A stretch of 64,000 nucleotides of DNA from Camelus ferus (lineage: Eukaryota), in the NCBI RefSeq assembly GCF_009834535.1, contig NC_045711.1:28706001-28770000 (forward strand), given 5' to 3'. A model generated the notes under the pieces. It was not told the DNA's origin and made no database searches. It was given only the letters and a program-made list of their open reading frames with translations. Below, in pieces: positions 49,765 through 61,520 of the stretch. The position numbers and the translations under genes were made by a program. Position 1 is the stretch's first letter. Each line of letters opens with the position of its first letter.

Positions 49765-50512
49765 AAAAGCTTGCCATAAAGATCATCTTTCAGCAGGTCT
49801 CATGGTGGATCACGCCGCCATATGTTCATCTTCTTGGGTGTGTTGAACTGATGGCCATGGAGATAAGTACCTTAAGGACGCTGGGTACCAAATCCAGCCC
49901 AGTCAACAACGTTCATGGAATATACATGCTTCTGCCACTGGGACAGCACATTGACAGATCAGCTCACAGAACGCTCACGAGACATAGGCAAGAAAGAAGT
50001 TTTGCAACTGACTAGAGTTCAGTTACCTTACATTGTGCTCACTCTTTGTAACATAAATTCACGTTGCATGGTGACAACAGGGTTGGAATCCACAGAATAT
50101 GTGGATTCTGGGCATCGCATGATTCTATGGAGCTGGAAGCATGAGGAAATCCTGAGGTGGAAGAAAACGTGCCTCGTAGACGTCAGGAGGAATTAAACTA
50201 TCCGTGCTGCCATCTAATGAATATATCAGAATGCCTGTGTGCATATGCTGTGGGCAGTGATTAATTCCTGGCCTCCTCTGCTTCCAATCCTGCCACAAGA
50301 GGAGGAGGGAGAGCGTCTTTGCTCACTGTAAAGTAAGACGTATGTAACAAGGCTAAGAAAGCCCCGTGGGTCAAGTTGCAGCAGGAGTGATGGCAGATAC
50401 ATGGGAATGAGTCAATGTGGGATTAGAACAAAGAATGTAATTCATGGAAGCCTCTCCAATGTACATGTCAGGATGTGCTGAACAGTCGACTTGAGGGGAT
50501 ATGCAGCAGCAT
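49765..50512 (+). mobile_element. Probable ancient RTE-clade LINE 3' remnant (MamRTE/L4-like)
   Basis: Frameshifted motifs in RTE order: MAMEISTLRT (~49851-49880), FCHWDSTL (49930-49953), WILGIA* (50102-50122), HEEILR (50140-50157); 3' end gtcgacttgaggggatatgcagcagc. Confidence 0.5.
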
Positions 50513-50849
50513 GCGAAGGTGATTTACATAAATGTGAACTCATGCCCAGAGAGCCAATGTGACTCGCAGATTTACAACCCTGAAGTCAGGGAAGATGTAC
50601 ACAGAGGCAGACACAACTTGTAGTCACCAAAACCCATGACCCGCCTTGTCTGTTCTTCAACATGGTGTGAACTCCAACAACACTAGGCTGAGACTGGCCA
50701 TGGGGGGGGTCTCACTCCTTGAATTGCTGAAGGGCCAAGCCTGGGCCCCCCTCCCACCTGAGGCTGAAAAAATTACATTGCTGCAGATGAGGGTGGTAAC
50801 TTGGATTTGGCTCAGCTGGAAGGCTTTCGGAACGTGGACAAGAGTGTTA

Positions 50850-51830
50850 CTTTGAATCGAGCTGCCTCCCAGCAGCCTTCTTGGTGTGTCTACCTGTAAA
50901 CATCCTGCCCACCTCAAAATCAATGTGTATTCCTGACCCTCCCAACTAGCCTTCTCCCCTGACTCCTCTGTTCCTTGATTCAGCCGTGCTGTGGCCAGGC
51001 TTTGACTCTTCTGGCCTCCTTCTCCCCTCCCGTGATTTAAACAGTTGCCAAGTCATGAACATTCCTCTTGCGCATCGCCTCTGGAATTGATCACTTCCTT
51101 TCCATTCTCAAGTTCAAGTACTCATTACCTCTCACCTGAAATACTGCCACAGGCTCCCGGCGAGTCTACCCAGCTTCCGTCTTCATCTCTTACTCCTCCA
51201 ATCAACTCTCTGCATTTGATTCTTCATCGTCCTAAAAGGCACGACACCTGTATCGCTCCCTTACTCAAAAGACATCCGTGGTTGCTCACAACCTTCTATT
51301 TCAAGCAAAAATCATTTAAAATCCTTAAGCTACTTTCCCATCATATTCCTCATGAATATCTCAAAGCAGCTACAGCCTTGACTGGGGCTTCTCAGCTGCA
51401 ACTCTACTGACATATTGGACTGAATATTTTGCTGTGGGGAGCCGTCCTGTGTATGGTAGAATCTCTAGCAGACTCTTGGTCTAGATGCTGACAGCATCCC
51501 CCCACCTTCCTACCAATTGTGACAACCAAATATATCTCTAGACATTGTCAACAGTTCCAGGGTTGCAAAATCCCTGCCTGAGACAAGATGGGTCTCTTGG
51601 TGGTTGTGGAGATAGACGTTGTCTCCTGCGTTTATGTGTGTTTGCAGCAGGCATTCTGTTTGAAATGTCCTCCCCACCATCTCTATCCATTCAAATCTTA
51701 TCTGTCACTTCAAGTTGATCTCCAAAGCTCCCTGTTACCCAAGTCCTCTCACTGTTTCAACCAGGCTCCCTGAATAGATGTATTTTCCTTCACCTTTGAA
51801 TCACTTTATGTAATTCCTAAACCCCTTATC
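50850..51830 (+). mobile_element. L2 3' portion interrupted by MER20
   Basis: cacctcaaaatcaatgtg..., attacctctcacctgaaatactgccacaggctcc, atcgctcccttactcaaaagacatccgtggttgctc. Confidence 0.7.
51385..51585 (-). mobile_element. MER20 hAT MITE
   Basis: ctactgacatattggactg...tgtggggagccgtcctgtg...ttgtgacaaccaaatatatctctagacattgtcaa. Confidence 0.85.
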
Positions 51831-52164
51831 TTACTTTGACCATTTTCCTTTCATTTGACTGCTAAAAAAAAATATACACAGAAGCAAAGTTTTGGCCCAT
51901 TATATAAACATATAAATATTAATGGCATGACTTATGTAAGGTACTCTCGATGCTGGTTGAATTTTACTTCCCCTTTTCTTGCCTCTAGCACATCTATTGT
52001 CTCTTTTTGTATGAAATTATTTTTTACTGATGTATAAATGCTAAAAGAAAAAAATCTTTATGTAATTATCTCAAACTCACTGATGAATACAACATGACGC
52101 TCTTTTATCAAATGTAACAGAAAATAAACTTCTTTATGGAGGGGGAAAAAACCAAACTAGAGTT

Positions 52165-52320
52165 AGCTAGACCTTAGAAACCATCTGATTCTTCCTCTTC
52201 TCCTTTCCTTGAGGAAACGGGACTCTTGGAAGAGTAAACGGCTTTCCCAAGACGACAGATCTAGTCTGTTACAGTCAAGATAAATATCCCAGGCTCCCAA
52301 TGAGGATTTATTGCACTAGA
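52165..52320 (-). mobile_element. MIR fragment
   Basis: gaccttagaaaccatctg...tgaggaaacgggactc...ggctttcccaagacgacag. Confidence 0.6.
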
Positions 52321-52321
52321 C

Positions 52322-52440
52322 CAGTTGTTCCTCATGTGAGGTCCATGAGTCAGGCTCTTGTGCACCTCTTGGAAACTTGTTAGAAATGCAAATTCTGGGG
52401 CCCCTTCCCAAGCCTGCTACATAGAAACTCTGGGTGGAGG
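52322..52440 (+). mobile_element. MER5A MITE
   Basis: cagttgttcctcatgtgaggtcc...ttggaaacttgttagaaatgcaaattctggggcccc...agaaactctgggtgg. Confidence 0.8.
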
Positions 52441-53793
52441 GAGGAGGGGGAGGAGGTCATGTCTCTGTCTGCTAGTGCAGGACGTCTCAAACTCCAGTGC
52501 CTCAGAATGACTCGGAGGATCGGTTTAAATTCAGAATGGTTCTTTACCACGTGCAATGTTGGGTGAAAGGTAAGTTGATGTGGATCCCAGGACCAGACTG
52601 GGAAAGGCAGCTGTGTTCCGTGTCAAATAAACAACCTGACCTATTTCCTGGAATTTACAACTTAATCCAGTTTCCTTTGTTGACGTTGTAAAAATTTCTG
52701 TTCCACTTGGATCACTGTGGTGTCTGTTGCGTCTTAATTTAGGGAGCATAATGAATTTGCATCGAATTTAAAATAAAAACCCATAAAAATTCATTCAGCT
52801 CTGATTCTTATTACATACTAGGGGGTGCAGAAATTTGAAGCATATGGGTATGAGGAAGAGAGGTGATAGTATGTTGAGTTTTTGTCTTAATGAAAAAAAT
52901 AGATAGAAATGCAAACCAGTTCTAGGCATTTTCAGAATGATTAGTCTAAATACAAAGGACAACCACAAAATAAAATAGGACATACATACATAAGTCAATG
53001 GAAGAAAAAAATTAAAGACAAATACATCAATACATGAATGGATAGAAAAGAGAGAAGGAACAAGGAAAATATAAAATGTGAATATTCATAATAATTATAG
53101 TCTTCTCAAATTTGGTCTAAAAATCAGACATGTAAAAATAATCAGACATAAAAAGAGAATAAAGGGGGAAAAAAAGATATACTGGGTAAAAACCAAAAAA
53201 ACCTCCCAAAAAACTGTAAAACAGCATTGCTATATTAATGTCTGACAAAAAATAATTCAAGATAGAAAGGACATTTTATTGGATGAAGTTATAGTTTACC
53301 TATAAGATTTAACAATCATTAACACGAACACACTTAATATGCCACTGAGATACACAGGAAGCAAGTGTCATTAAATACTAGTAGAAATGGACTATTCCAC
53401 CATCATGGTAGAGACTGAAACACATTTATCTCAAGAGTCAAGAGACTGAATAGATAAAAGGCATTAAAGGGTACTGAATATTTGAATTATATGACATAAT
53501 TAAGAGTCATATAAACACATAGACTTTGTACCTAACAAAGGGCAAATAAACTTTCATTTCAGTCATGGCATACTCACAAAAATTGGCCTTTAGGCTTTAA
53601 AGAAAGTAATATAGTACATGTTTGCTGACCACAGTTCAATAAAGTTAGATATTAAAGACAAAAGGAACAAGGTAGCCTCCTTACACACAAAAACAACAAC
53701 CCAAAAAGCAAATAGCGAACTGGACATTTTAAAGGAGTCTTGATAACCTTTGGGTTATTACAAAGTACTTAGAAATTAAAAAAAAAAAAAAAA

Positions 53794-55812
53794 CAATGTT
53801 ACTATATATAGAAAACCCTGAAAGGTCCACACAAAAGCTACTAGAGCTGATTGAAGAATTCAGCAAGGTAGCAGGTTACAAAATTAACGTTCAAAAATCA
53901 GTTGCATTTCTTTACACTAACGATAAATAAACAGAAAAAGAAAGTAAAGAAACAATCCCCTTTAAAATAGCACCCAAAGTAATAAAATATCTGGGAATAA
54001 ATCTAACCAAGGAGGTGAAAGAATTATACACNNNNNNNNNNNNNNNNNNNNNNNNNNNNNNNNNNNNNNNNNNNNNNNNNNNNNNNNNNNNNNNNNNNNN
54101 NNNNNNNNNNNNNNNNNNNNNNNNNNNNNNNNNNNNNNNNNNNNNNNNNNNNNNNNNNNNNNNNNNNNNNNNNNNNNNNNNNNNNNNNNNNNNTTTCACA
54201 GAACCAGAACAAATCATAATAAAATTTATATGGAACCATCAAAGACTTAGAATTGCCAAAGCATTACTGAAGAGAAAGAAAGAGGCTGGAGGAATAACTC
54301 TCCCAGACTTCAGACAATACTATAGAGCTACAGTCATCAAGACAGCATGGTATTGGTACCAAAACAGACATATAGACCAATGGAACAGAATAGAGAGTCC
54401 AGAAATGAACCCACAAACTTTTGGTCAACTCATCTTTGACAAAGGAGGCAAGAATATACAATGGAATAAAGACAGTCTCTTCAGCAAATGGTGTTGGGAA
54501 AACTGGACAGCAGCATGTAAAACAATGAAGCTAGAACACTCCCTTACACCATATACAAAAATCAACTCAAAATGGATTAAAGACTTAAACATAAGACAAG
54601 ATACAAGAAACCTCCTAGAGGAAAACATAGGCAAAACATTATCTGACATACATTTCAAAAATTTTCTCCTAGAAGAAATAAAAGCAAGAATAAACAAATG
54701 GGACCTAATGAAACTTACAAGCTTCTGCACAGCAAAGGAAATCAGAAATAAAACAAGAAGAAAACCTACGGAATGGGAGAAAATTTTTGCAAGTGAAACT
54801 GACAAAGGCTTGATCTCCAGACTATATAAGCAGCTCATACGACTCAATAAGAAAAAAATAAACAACCCAATCCAAAAATGGGCAGAAGNNNNNNNNNNNN
54901 NNNNNNNNNNNNNNNNNNNNNNNNNNNNNNNNNNNNNNNNNNNNNNNNNNNNNNNNNNNNNNNNNNNNNNNNNNNNNNNNNNNNNNNNNNNNNNNNNNNN
55001 NNNNNNNNNNNNNNNNNNNNNNNNNNNNNNNNNNNNATCCACAAATGACAAATGCTGGAGAGGCTGTGGAGAAAGGGGAAATCTCCTACACTGCTGGTGG
55101 GAATGCAGTTTGGTGCAGCCACTATGGAAAACAGTGTGGAGATTCCTCAAAACACTAGGAATAGACTTACCTTATGACCCAGGAATCCCACTCCTGGGCT
55201 TGTATCCAGAAGGAAATCTACTTCAGGATGACACCTGCACCCCAATGTTCATAGCAGCACTATTTACAATAGCCAAAACATGGAAACAGCCTAAATGCCC
55301 ATCAACAGGTGACTGGATAAAGAAGAGGTGGTATATTTATACAATGGAATACTACTCAGCCATAAAAACCGACAACATAATGCCATTTGCAGCAACATGG
55401 ATGCTCCTGGAGAATGTCATTCTAAGTGAAGTAAGCCAGAAAGAGAAAGAAAAATACCATATGAGATCGCTCATATGTGGAATCTAAAAAACAAAAACAA
55501 AAACAAACAAACAAACAAAAACAAAGTGTAAATAAAGGACAGAAATAGACTCACAGACAGAGAATACAGACTTGTGGTTACCAGGGGGGTGGAGGGTGGG
55601 AAGGGATAGACTTGGATTTCAAAATTGTAGAATAGACTACACTGTACAGCACAGGGAAATATACACAAAATGTTATGATAACTCACAGAGAAAAAAATGT
55701 GACAATGAGTGTGTATATGTCCATGAATGACTGAAAAATTGTGCTGAACACTGGAATTTGACACAACATTGTAAAATGATTATAAATCAATAAAAAATGT
55801 TAAAAAAAAAAA
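53794..55812 (+). mobile_element. Young 5'-truncated L1, ~2.0 kb, with 3' UTR and poly(A)
   Basis: Continuous ORF2 homology, 3' UTR with G-rich tract, aataaaaaatgttaaaaaaaaaaa tail; inserted into an A-run (probable TSD ...aaaaaaca). Confidence 0.97.
53796..55487 (+). pseudogene. L1 ORF2p C-terminal part (end of RT, C-terminal CCHC domain)
   Basis: [18 protein letters not shown]... with one in-frame TAA at 53928-53930, then open in the called bases to TAA at 55485-55487; intact [18 protein letters not shown] zinc knuckle; Ns at 54032-54193 and 54889-55036. Confidence 0.95.
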
Positions 55813-57407
55813 CATAAGAATGCTACAGACCCTAAAACCTATGGATTTTGGCAAAGTGCTATTCAGATGATATTTTATAAACTAATGCATCTATCATAAA
55901 ACAGAGAAAAGAATGGGGAAAATGAACCATGTTTTAACTCAACAATCTTGAATAAGACCTAAAAAGGAGGTATATTTTCCAGGTAAAAAATATAACCATA
56001 AATAGATTATAAAGAAAAAAAAATGAGAATCACCCAAAATCCCACTAGTATTACTATTTCTTTTCTTGTAGCCGTAACACATATAATGAACAATAAATAA
56101 TTCAGGCCAAATGCCTCAAATTGTGTGATGCTTGTCCGTCTGGGGGCTGAATTTCCCCTTTGGTCTTACCAACATCACAAACGAGAATCCTTAAAGTTGA
56201 GGACTCTGGCATCTACATGGATGCACTTAGTTCTATGCATGTGTGCACAAGTCTGGAATGGTGGTACCCGCATGTGTGTGTACGTGTTACAGCGGGGTGA
56301 TGGGCAGAGGGAGCGTCCTCATAATTCTTGGTCAGGAATACCACTTTCTTTTTAAAAGAATTTGTCAAAAGAAAGTAAATGGCTCATTTGGACAGATTTT
56401 CCAGAAAGCTTTCAGTGACATGAAACTTTGGTAAAGATCTGGCCTGAAAACAGTGAAGGAAACCATATCTGTAGGAAAGTAATAAGGAAAGAATTCCTGG
56501 GAGTCCAAGGAGGGGAAATCAGTTTGGGCTCCGAGGTTAATAGAGGAGTGTTTCATCTACAACCATCCCTGCTAGAAACACCACCGAACTTACACCAAAG
56601 AGCAAAGTCGCTGTGATTTGGCTAGAAGGTCCAGGAAATGCCAACCTTTTGCCCCTGGGAAGCAGTTGTGGTTTGGGGCAGTGAAGGCATTTTGTGTGGC
56701 CGAAGGCATCTGGGGCACCTCACACATTTCTTGTTTGGGCATTGACCCTACTAGGAGGTGTGCCAGGAGACCGCACTCTCCTCTCAGGAAGAACGAGAAA
56801 AAGGAATGACCAGCTTGTCCAAACAAGCTGTGAAATCCTACCCCTCCTGCCCCCCTGAAAAGAGTCCAATGCCCCAAGATAAAGGAAATCCACTCTGTAA
56901 TCTGACAGGCTTGTTACCAAGCATTTTGCCAAGAACAACGCCTTCCCTTTGCGTACCGCCAGGGTCCAGGTGCATAAACTCCACCTTATAAACTCCAGTT
57001 CCAAAAAAAAAAAAAAAATCCAAAAAACAAACAAAAAACCCCCACCATCTTGGCATTTAATGCATATAACAGCTATGGACTTTCTCAGCAAAGCTGGGAA
57101 GGACCGTGCTTGTATCTCTTGCACAGACACTGTATTACACGTCTCCTGGTTTGATTGCCCAGGTTCGAGCACAAATATGGCAATCTAAAATTAGATTACT
57201 GTTCATTGTTATTCATGCCACTGGGAGCTCTTTGAAAAGAGTCCATTTGAATTGCCAACACGCATCTGAATTCTAGGTGCTTGATGCTTGGTGAACGGTT
57301 TCCCAAGTGCAAAGAGCTCTTTTTTCTTTCTTAGTTGGACTTAAATGTCTTGAATTTGGAACAAAAACTATATGAAAAAATGAGAAACTGCTCCTACAAA
57401 TATAAAA

Positions 57408-57408
<1 letters not shown>

Positions 57409-57441
<33 letters not shown>

Positions 57442-57452
57442 TACATACACAC
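57409..57452. repeat. Compound (TA)n(CA)n microsatellite
   Basis: Direct observation. Confidence 0.95.
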
Positions 57453-57454
57453 AT

Positions 57455-57600
57455 TGCTTTAGAATTTATGAAGTACTTTTACCAAAACTCTCTCCCTTTA
57501 AATCTCACAAAATTCTGTTTTTATTCCTATTTTCCAATGAGCAAACCAAGGCTCAAGTCTTAAGTGACTTGTGAAAGGCAACTTTTTGCAGCCATTTCTC
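57455..57600 (-). mobile_element. MIR fragment
   Basis: tttaaatctcacaaaattctg...attcctattttccaatgagcaaaccaaggctcaagtcttaagtgacttg. Confidence 0.7.
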
Positions 57601-57886
57601 TGTAGATGACGACTCAGGTTACAAAAAAATATTTCACTAAGTAGGGTGAAAATGCATCTTACACAGAAATAAAAAGATAGGAAGAAATCAAATCTGCTGC
57701 ACAAAAGTTATAGGCATTCATTTAAGAAATTCTTAGAATTGCAGATTTCTTTAGGGAAAATATGAACAGTATATATATACGCGTGTGTAAAACAAACGGC
57801 TTTAGATGTCTGTGTGGCTCTGAGTTCAGATGGATTGCCTCTGGCTTGTTTTGTTTTTTTTTTCCTGTTTTGGGTTAGTGTGCGTG

Positions 57887-58110
57887 TGTTTTAGTTGAAG
57901 TATAGTCAATTTACAATGTTTTATTTCTGGCATACAGCATAGTGATTCATTTATTTATATATATATATATATATAAATATATATATATTTCTTTTCATAC
58001 TCTTTTTTATTATAGGCTATTACAAGATACTGACTATAGTTCCCTGTGCTCTATACAGTACAGTAGGACCTTGTTGTTTATCTGTTTTATACATAGTAGT
58101 TAGCATCTGA
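57887..58110 (-). mobile_element. L1 3' tail with internal (TA)n expansion
   Basis: agttgaagtatagtcaatttacaatg...ggctattacaagatactgactatagttccctgtgct...gaccttgttgtttatctgttttatacatagtag. Confidence 0.9.
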
Positions 58111-59528
58111 TTTGTTTTTGGTTTTGTTTTCTCCACATCAACCTTACAAGAACTCAAATCCTCTGTTCCACTCAGATGGACAGAATGACGACCTCCTCAG
58201 ATGGTTGTTATATGTCTGGGTACAAAGTTCTGGAAATTCTAGATTTATTAAAGTAAACATTTCCAACCTTAGGTACTCAAGGAAATTCTTCAGTTCCTTT
58301 TTTTTTTTTTTTTTTTTTTTTTTTTGCAAGCATGTAGCTGGTTTTCATAGGCATTTAAACAATAGTGTGGCCAGTCTAGTTTTACAAATGGCACCACATT
58401 TTCTTTTTTAACCTGCAGGCTGCCAGCTCTCCCAAAGAGGAAAATCCTTTCATATTTTATTCATATAAAAGACTTATCTCAAAGAAAAACTTTGTCGAGG
58501 GCCCTCCCACCATGTAGTGATGAAAGTCCTTTAAATCAAGAGAACAGACAAGGCAGATTCCCAGACAACAAACAGGGCTGAATTCTAGCTCCTCAGACAC
58601 ACCTTGTACCTTTGCATTTCCCGTTTTAAGTAAATTCTAGATTGCACACAACTTCATGCAAATCACTAACAGGAAACAGCAAAGAAGCCCTTTTTAAATC
58701 GTGCCAACGTGCATGTTCAAGAGTGCCTGATTTCACTCAAGGACGGCAGGAAGAATTACAGTAGAATAATTTACTTCTTGCTGTCAGTTTAATCCATCAG
58801 CCCATTAGCAAGTGGCACATTAGCACAGGGGCAGATGCTTTAAATTCCGCACCCTTCCTTCCAGGTGAGTATTGTTGGGTTTGCAAGGGGACCTGCTCCG
58901 GAAGTATTTGCGTCTCCCTCTGCCATCTCCCCACTGTGAAAGGAGCTTGTATACTGCAAGTAGCAACAGGATTTAAAAAAAAAAAAAAAGGAGAGAAAAG
59001 GAAAAAAGAATTTTCTTGGCCTTCTCCACTAATTGCTGTTTTGGCATTCTCCTGGCCACTTCTTTTTTTATTATCCTACAAAATGATTGTAAACCTATAG
59101 AATGTTTAAGACTCATGAACACCTGGAGGCAGGGCAATTTCAGTAGCCTCCCCCGCCACCACCACCCCGTGCGCTCAGATGGCCCAATACACACGGACAC
59201 TGGAAGTGGACCTTGTTACAAGAGACTCCACATTCAGACGTGGCGTTGGAGCCAGGGAAAGGTGGAATTTCAGAAGCAAGGCTCCCTGCCTTATCTTGGT
59301 CAATCTGGGCCTCGCTTCAATTAAACCTGAAGTGAAGACTCCTGCTTGAGAAGTTCAAATGTTTCGCAATAGAAGGGAGCTGTAGACTTGAGGCGAAAGT
59401 ACATACTGTATTTATCATCGAACACAGCTTTTTATATAATTACATCCTTGTGCACTTTTTATTTTTGGTTCTCGAATAAAGTCACTCAGATGAAATTAAG
59501 GAGTATGCAGGAGAAGGTGCTTCTTTCT

Positions 59529-59542
59529 GTTTCTATGGCAAC
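59529..59542. promoter_or_regulatory. RFX X-box motif
   Basis: GTTTCTATGGCAAC fits the GTNNCYATGGYAAC X-box consensus; unique sequence. Confidence 0.4.
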
Positions 59543-61000
59543 CCTGGGGCATCTTATTCAGCTGCCTCATTGACTGAGTGTGCTCAAGTGATGCAGGCTG
59601 GAACTCTCAGGCGAGCCTGGAAAAGGCAGGGAGGGGCGCTTCCTTGACCTCCGGGCCACAGGAAGAACTCAGGACCAGAAGGGAGAGAGCCTCTGGCACG
59701 TAGGCTCCCCCGTCCCAGTCCTTCTGTGAATGGTTGCCATCTGAGAGTGCTTTTGCCAAGAGGGTTTTGCTTTTTTTTTTTTTATTTTTTTTTTTAGGTA
59801 TGTGTCCACACTTGCCTTTGAAATTTCCCTATTGGTAAATAATCTTTTTACAGGTCTGTGTCTAAGTGCCTACATGCTGAGAGATTTGATTCGTTTGTTA
59901 TGCAGGAGTGAACCCAGATACTTGCCCAAAGGCAAAGATCACTTTGCAGACCTAATCTAAGCAGAGTCTGGAGTCATGAGTGGTCATTTAGCTGGAAGAC
60001 ATGAAAGAACAGTATCCATGGGGGCAAAGTTATGACAAAAACAATTCAAATGATTCCCAACAAGGTGTTGCAAAAAAAAAAAAAAAAAAATCTGACTCCA
60101 TGGGGACATTCTTGTGAAATGTTTAATCAAGTGAGGATTTCTGTGTGTGGAAGGCAAGAACTTATCTCTGTCCAGTGCCTATTAAATACTCAATAATTGG
60201 TAGTTATTATAAACACATCAACTTTTATACCTTAAACTCAGTTTTAAGACAAAATGAATACACAGTGGTACCACCCATCTCCCAAACTGTGATCTGAAGA
60301 CAAAGTCTATGTGGAAAATTTTGAGTTATCAGCACCCTATAGTAATTCCTCAATAAATTTTTGGTCAAATGGAATCGACTTTGCTAGAAGCCAAACCCCT
60401 TAAAAGAGTCAGCCGCTCAGGATATAATCCCACGCTTGAAATAAAAAAAGAGCTCTGAAAATTAGCAGTCATCACAAAAGCCCTAAACTCAAGCCGGGTC
60501 TCTCACTTCTCACCTGAACCTTTCTGGCCTGCCTGTCATTAATATTAGTCAGATGGACCTTATCCTGGATTATCTGTTGTCTTCAAAAGAGCAGAAGCAG
60601 AGAGAGTCTAAACGGTGCTCAGGACACAACAGTAGCTGACTGTGTAATGGACACACCTAAAAGCACATCCCGCCAAGAAGAGATTATCCTGTTACCTCTA
60701 GACACACAAGGAAACGTTAAGTAACATTCTATTTTTTGAATGACGCAGAGAATTGTATGAATTGTATCACATTTTAGAAAACCATTTCTCCACAACAGTG
60801 AATGCCCTAGAGGCCACAAATTTCAGTTATTCGAGGAGAACCACTTATGTGTAATTATTCATCATTATTCTTCTTCCTGGGCAGTCCGGCTCGTGTGGAA
60901 CCTGTCTCACTTTTCCAAAACTCCTCTCTTCCACATGCTTCTTAGCTGTCCCTCTCCTCACTCTCACCGAGATTTCTACTCCTTCAGCTTCCAAAGTAGA

Positions 61001-61103
61001 TGCCTGACTCACATCCTGGTTTGCCCAGAACTTCTCCAGTTCTAGGATTTGCATCCTGGGAAAGCCCTCTGTCCCAGGCAAATCAGGACAGTGGGTCACC
61101 CCA
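61001..61103 (-). mobile_element. MER94-like hAT-Blackjack MITE
   Basis: catcctggtttgcccagaac...ctgggaaagccctctgtcccaggcaaatcaggacagtgggtcacccc, with internal inverted symmetry. Confidence 0.75.
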
Positions 61104-61158
61104 GTCCAGAGCCAGGGACCGTGACAATCTCACCGCACCCATGCCTTGCAGGTATCAC

Positions 61159-61520
61159 CGTCACCCTGGGAGAGTTCGTGTGCCTGCTGCACCCTGAGGC
61201 CAAGCAAACTGAAACGTCGGCGTTCGGAGCAGAGGAAGGCTTACTGCAGGGCCGAGCGAGGAGGGCCAGCGGGCTCGTGCCCGAGAAAGCCCGCGGCCCC
61301 CTCCCTGAAAGGTTTCAGCAAAGCGTATTTGGAAGCCAGGCGTCCAGCAGACGCTGCTCTGAGAATGGCTGGTGGTCTCCCGAGTCTGCCACAGCTCGGA
61401 ATAGTCAGCCAAGTTCTCAGCAATACAAGCTCGTGTCTGAAATCACGCCCCCGACGGCCACCCAGTTTTACCTTGCGTGTCTGAGCCACAGCTACTCCGT
61501 TTTGAATTTCAAACGCCTTC
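61159..61520 (-). mobile_element. ERV1-class LTR (3' LTR), CpG-rich
   Basis: Minus strand ends ...gctgaaacctttcagggag...ggccctgcagtaagccttcctctgctccgaacgccgacgtttcagtttgcttggcctc...cacacgaact, an R/U5-like stretch with AATAAA decayed to AGTAAG; polypurine tract aagaggggaa just upstream (61527-61518). Confidence 0.7.

Larger units (their letters stand above)
52800..55990 (+). mobile_element. Ancient L1ME/L1M ORF2 endonuclease-region fragment (52800-53790 and 55813-55990), split by a young L1
   Basis: gctatattaatgtctgacaaaa, ccaccatcatggtagagact, ctgaccacagttcaataaagttagatatt; resumes after the young L1 with aagaatgctacagaccctaaaacctatgg. Confidence 0.75.

Noticed and set aside
50086-50108. 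9-bp perfect hairpin gaatccaca-gaata-tgtggattc
   Set aside because: Too short for a pre-miRNA and lies inside the RTE remnant.
50895-50906. 12-nt match to the miR-30 5' end (tgtaaacatcct)
   Set aside because: The match stops at 12 nt, there is no hairpin partner, and it sits in L2.
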